Shown: in pieces, positions 63,825 through 64,000 of the stretch
Numbering within the stretch: position 1 is the stretch's first letter
How the letters are laid out: every line of letters begins with the position of its first letter
From: a virus
Lineage: Duplodnaviria; Caudoviricetes
Strand: one strand, 5' to 3'
Virus record (IMG/VR): IMGVR_UViG_3300005611_000007
Location: 1 to 64,000 of that record
Length of the DNA: 64,000 nucleotides
Position numbers and translations under genes: made by a program
The notes under the pieces: generated by a model
The model's input: only the letters and a program-made list of their open reading frames with translations
The model's database searches: none
What the model was told of the DNA's origin: nothing

Positions 63825-63946
63825 TATTTAATACCGAGATTCATGCTAATAAATGCTCTGGGAAATAAACGCCAACGACTGAAATACTCAGGAGCAGACC
63901 ATAACCAATCAATTTTAGTCTTTGGTTTCTCCTGATTCTCTTCCAT
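63824..63946 (-). CDS. Short (40 aa), possibly truncated membrane protein
   Basis: AGGAGG RBS; MEENQEKPKTKIDWLWSAPEYFSRWRLFPRAFISMNLGIK*. Confidence 0.45.
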   Translation of the reverse strand: MEENQEKPKTKIDWLWSAPEYFSRWRLFPRAFISMNLGIK

Positions 63947-64000
63947 GGTGTCCTCCTAAACAGTTGCATACTCCGCAACCGCATTTTTCTGATTTATCTT

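Noticed and set aside
1-64000. Alternative genetic code or prophage context
   Set aside because: Core genes translate full-length in code 11 with dense packing, and no suppressor tRNA, integrase or host chromosomal flank is seen.

Overview
The window is a 64-kb internal segment of a large T4-like (myovirus) phage genome, AT-rich and probably aquatic or marine, with an alphaproteobacterial host. The host inference rests on a two-piece permuted tmRNA with an ANDN...LAA tag, an alpha-type pstS and a Usg-family gene; the class II B12-dependent RNR suggests a B12-using host. Layout: 1-19.0 kb (minus) is the tail-fibre/baseplate operon (Gly-rich fibre, VrlC-like, gp8, gp7, gp6, gp25, Usg, PAAR, gp5, hub, gp53, gp48). 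19.0-25.8 kb holds gp4, an accessory island, gp2, a tube-fold protein, gp26, gp51 and a tape-measure-like gene. 25.8-30.3 kb holds pstS, gp32, gp59, gp33, kdsA and a SleB-type hydrolase. 30.3-34.7 kb holds tmRNA, five tRNAs, purS and small genes behind repeated sigma70-type promoter/leader cassettes. 35-50 kb holds an exonuclease, phoH, RNase H, a plus-strand three-gene envelope cassette, glutaredoxin and a denV-like glycosylase. 50.8-58.5 kb is a sugar-nucleotide/glycosylation cluster, and 58.5-64 kb holds nrdJ, thyX and primase. Main findings: (1) a probable -1 programmed frameshift at T TTT TTT fusing gp26 to a start-less gp51 just upstream of the tape-measure-like gene, as in lambda G/GT and P2 E/E'; (2) an intact tRNA-Pro nested inside an uninterrupted protein gene on the same strand; (3) a 96-nt tRNA with a UAU anticodon and a long extra arm; (4) a phage-borne permuted tmRNA with two candidate resume sites; (5) a late-promoter three-gene envelope cassette with nine disulfide-type repeats; (6) two families of repeated promoter-leader cassettes carrying paralogous cargo genes. 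All calls come from motif recognition by eye; no searches were run.
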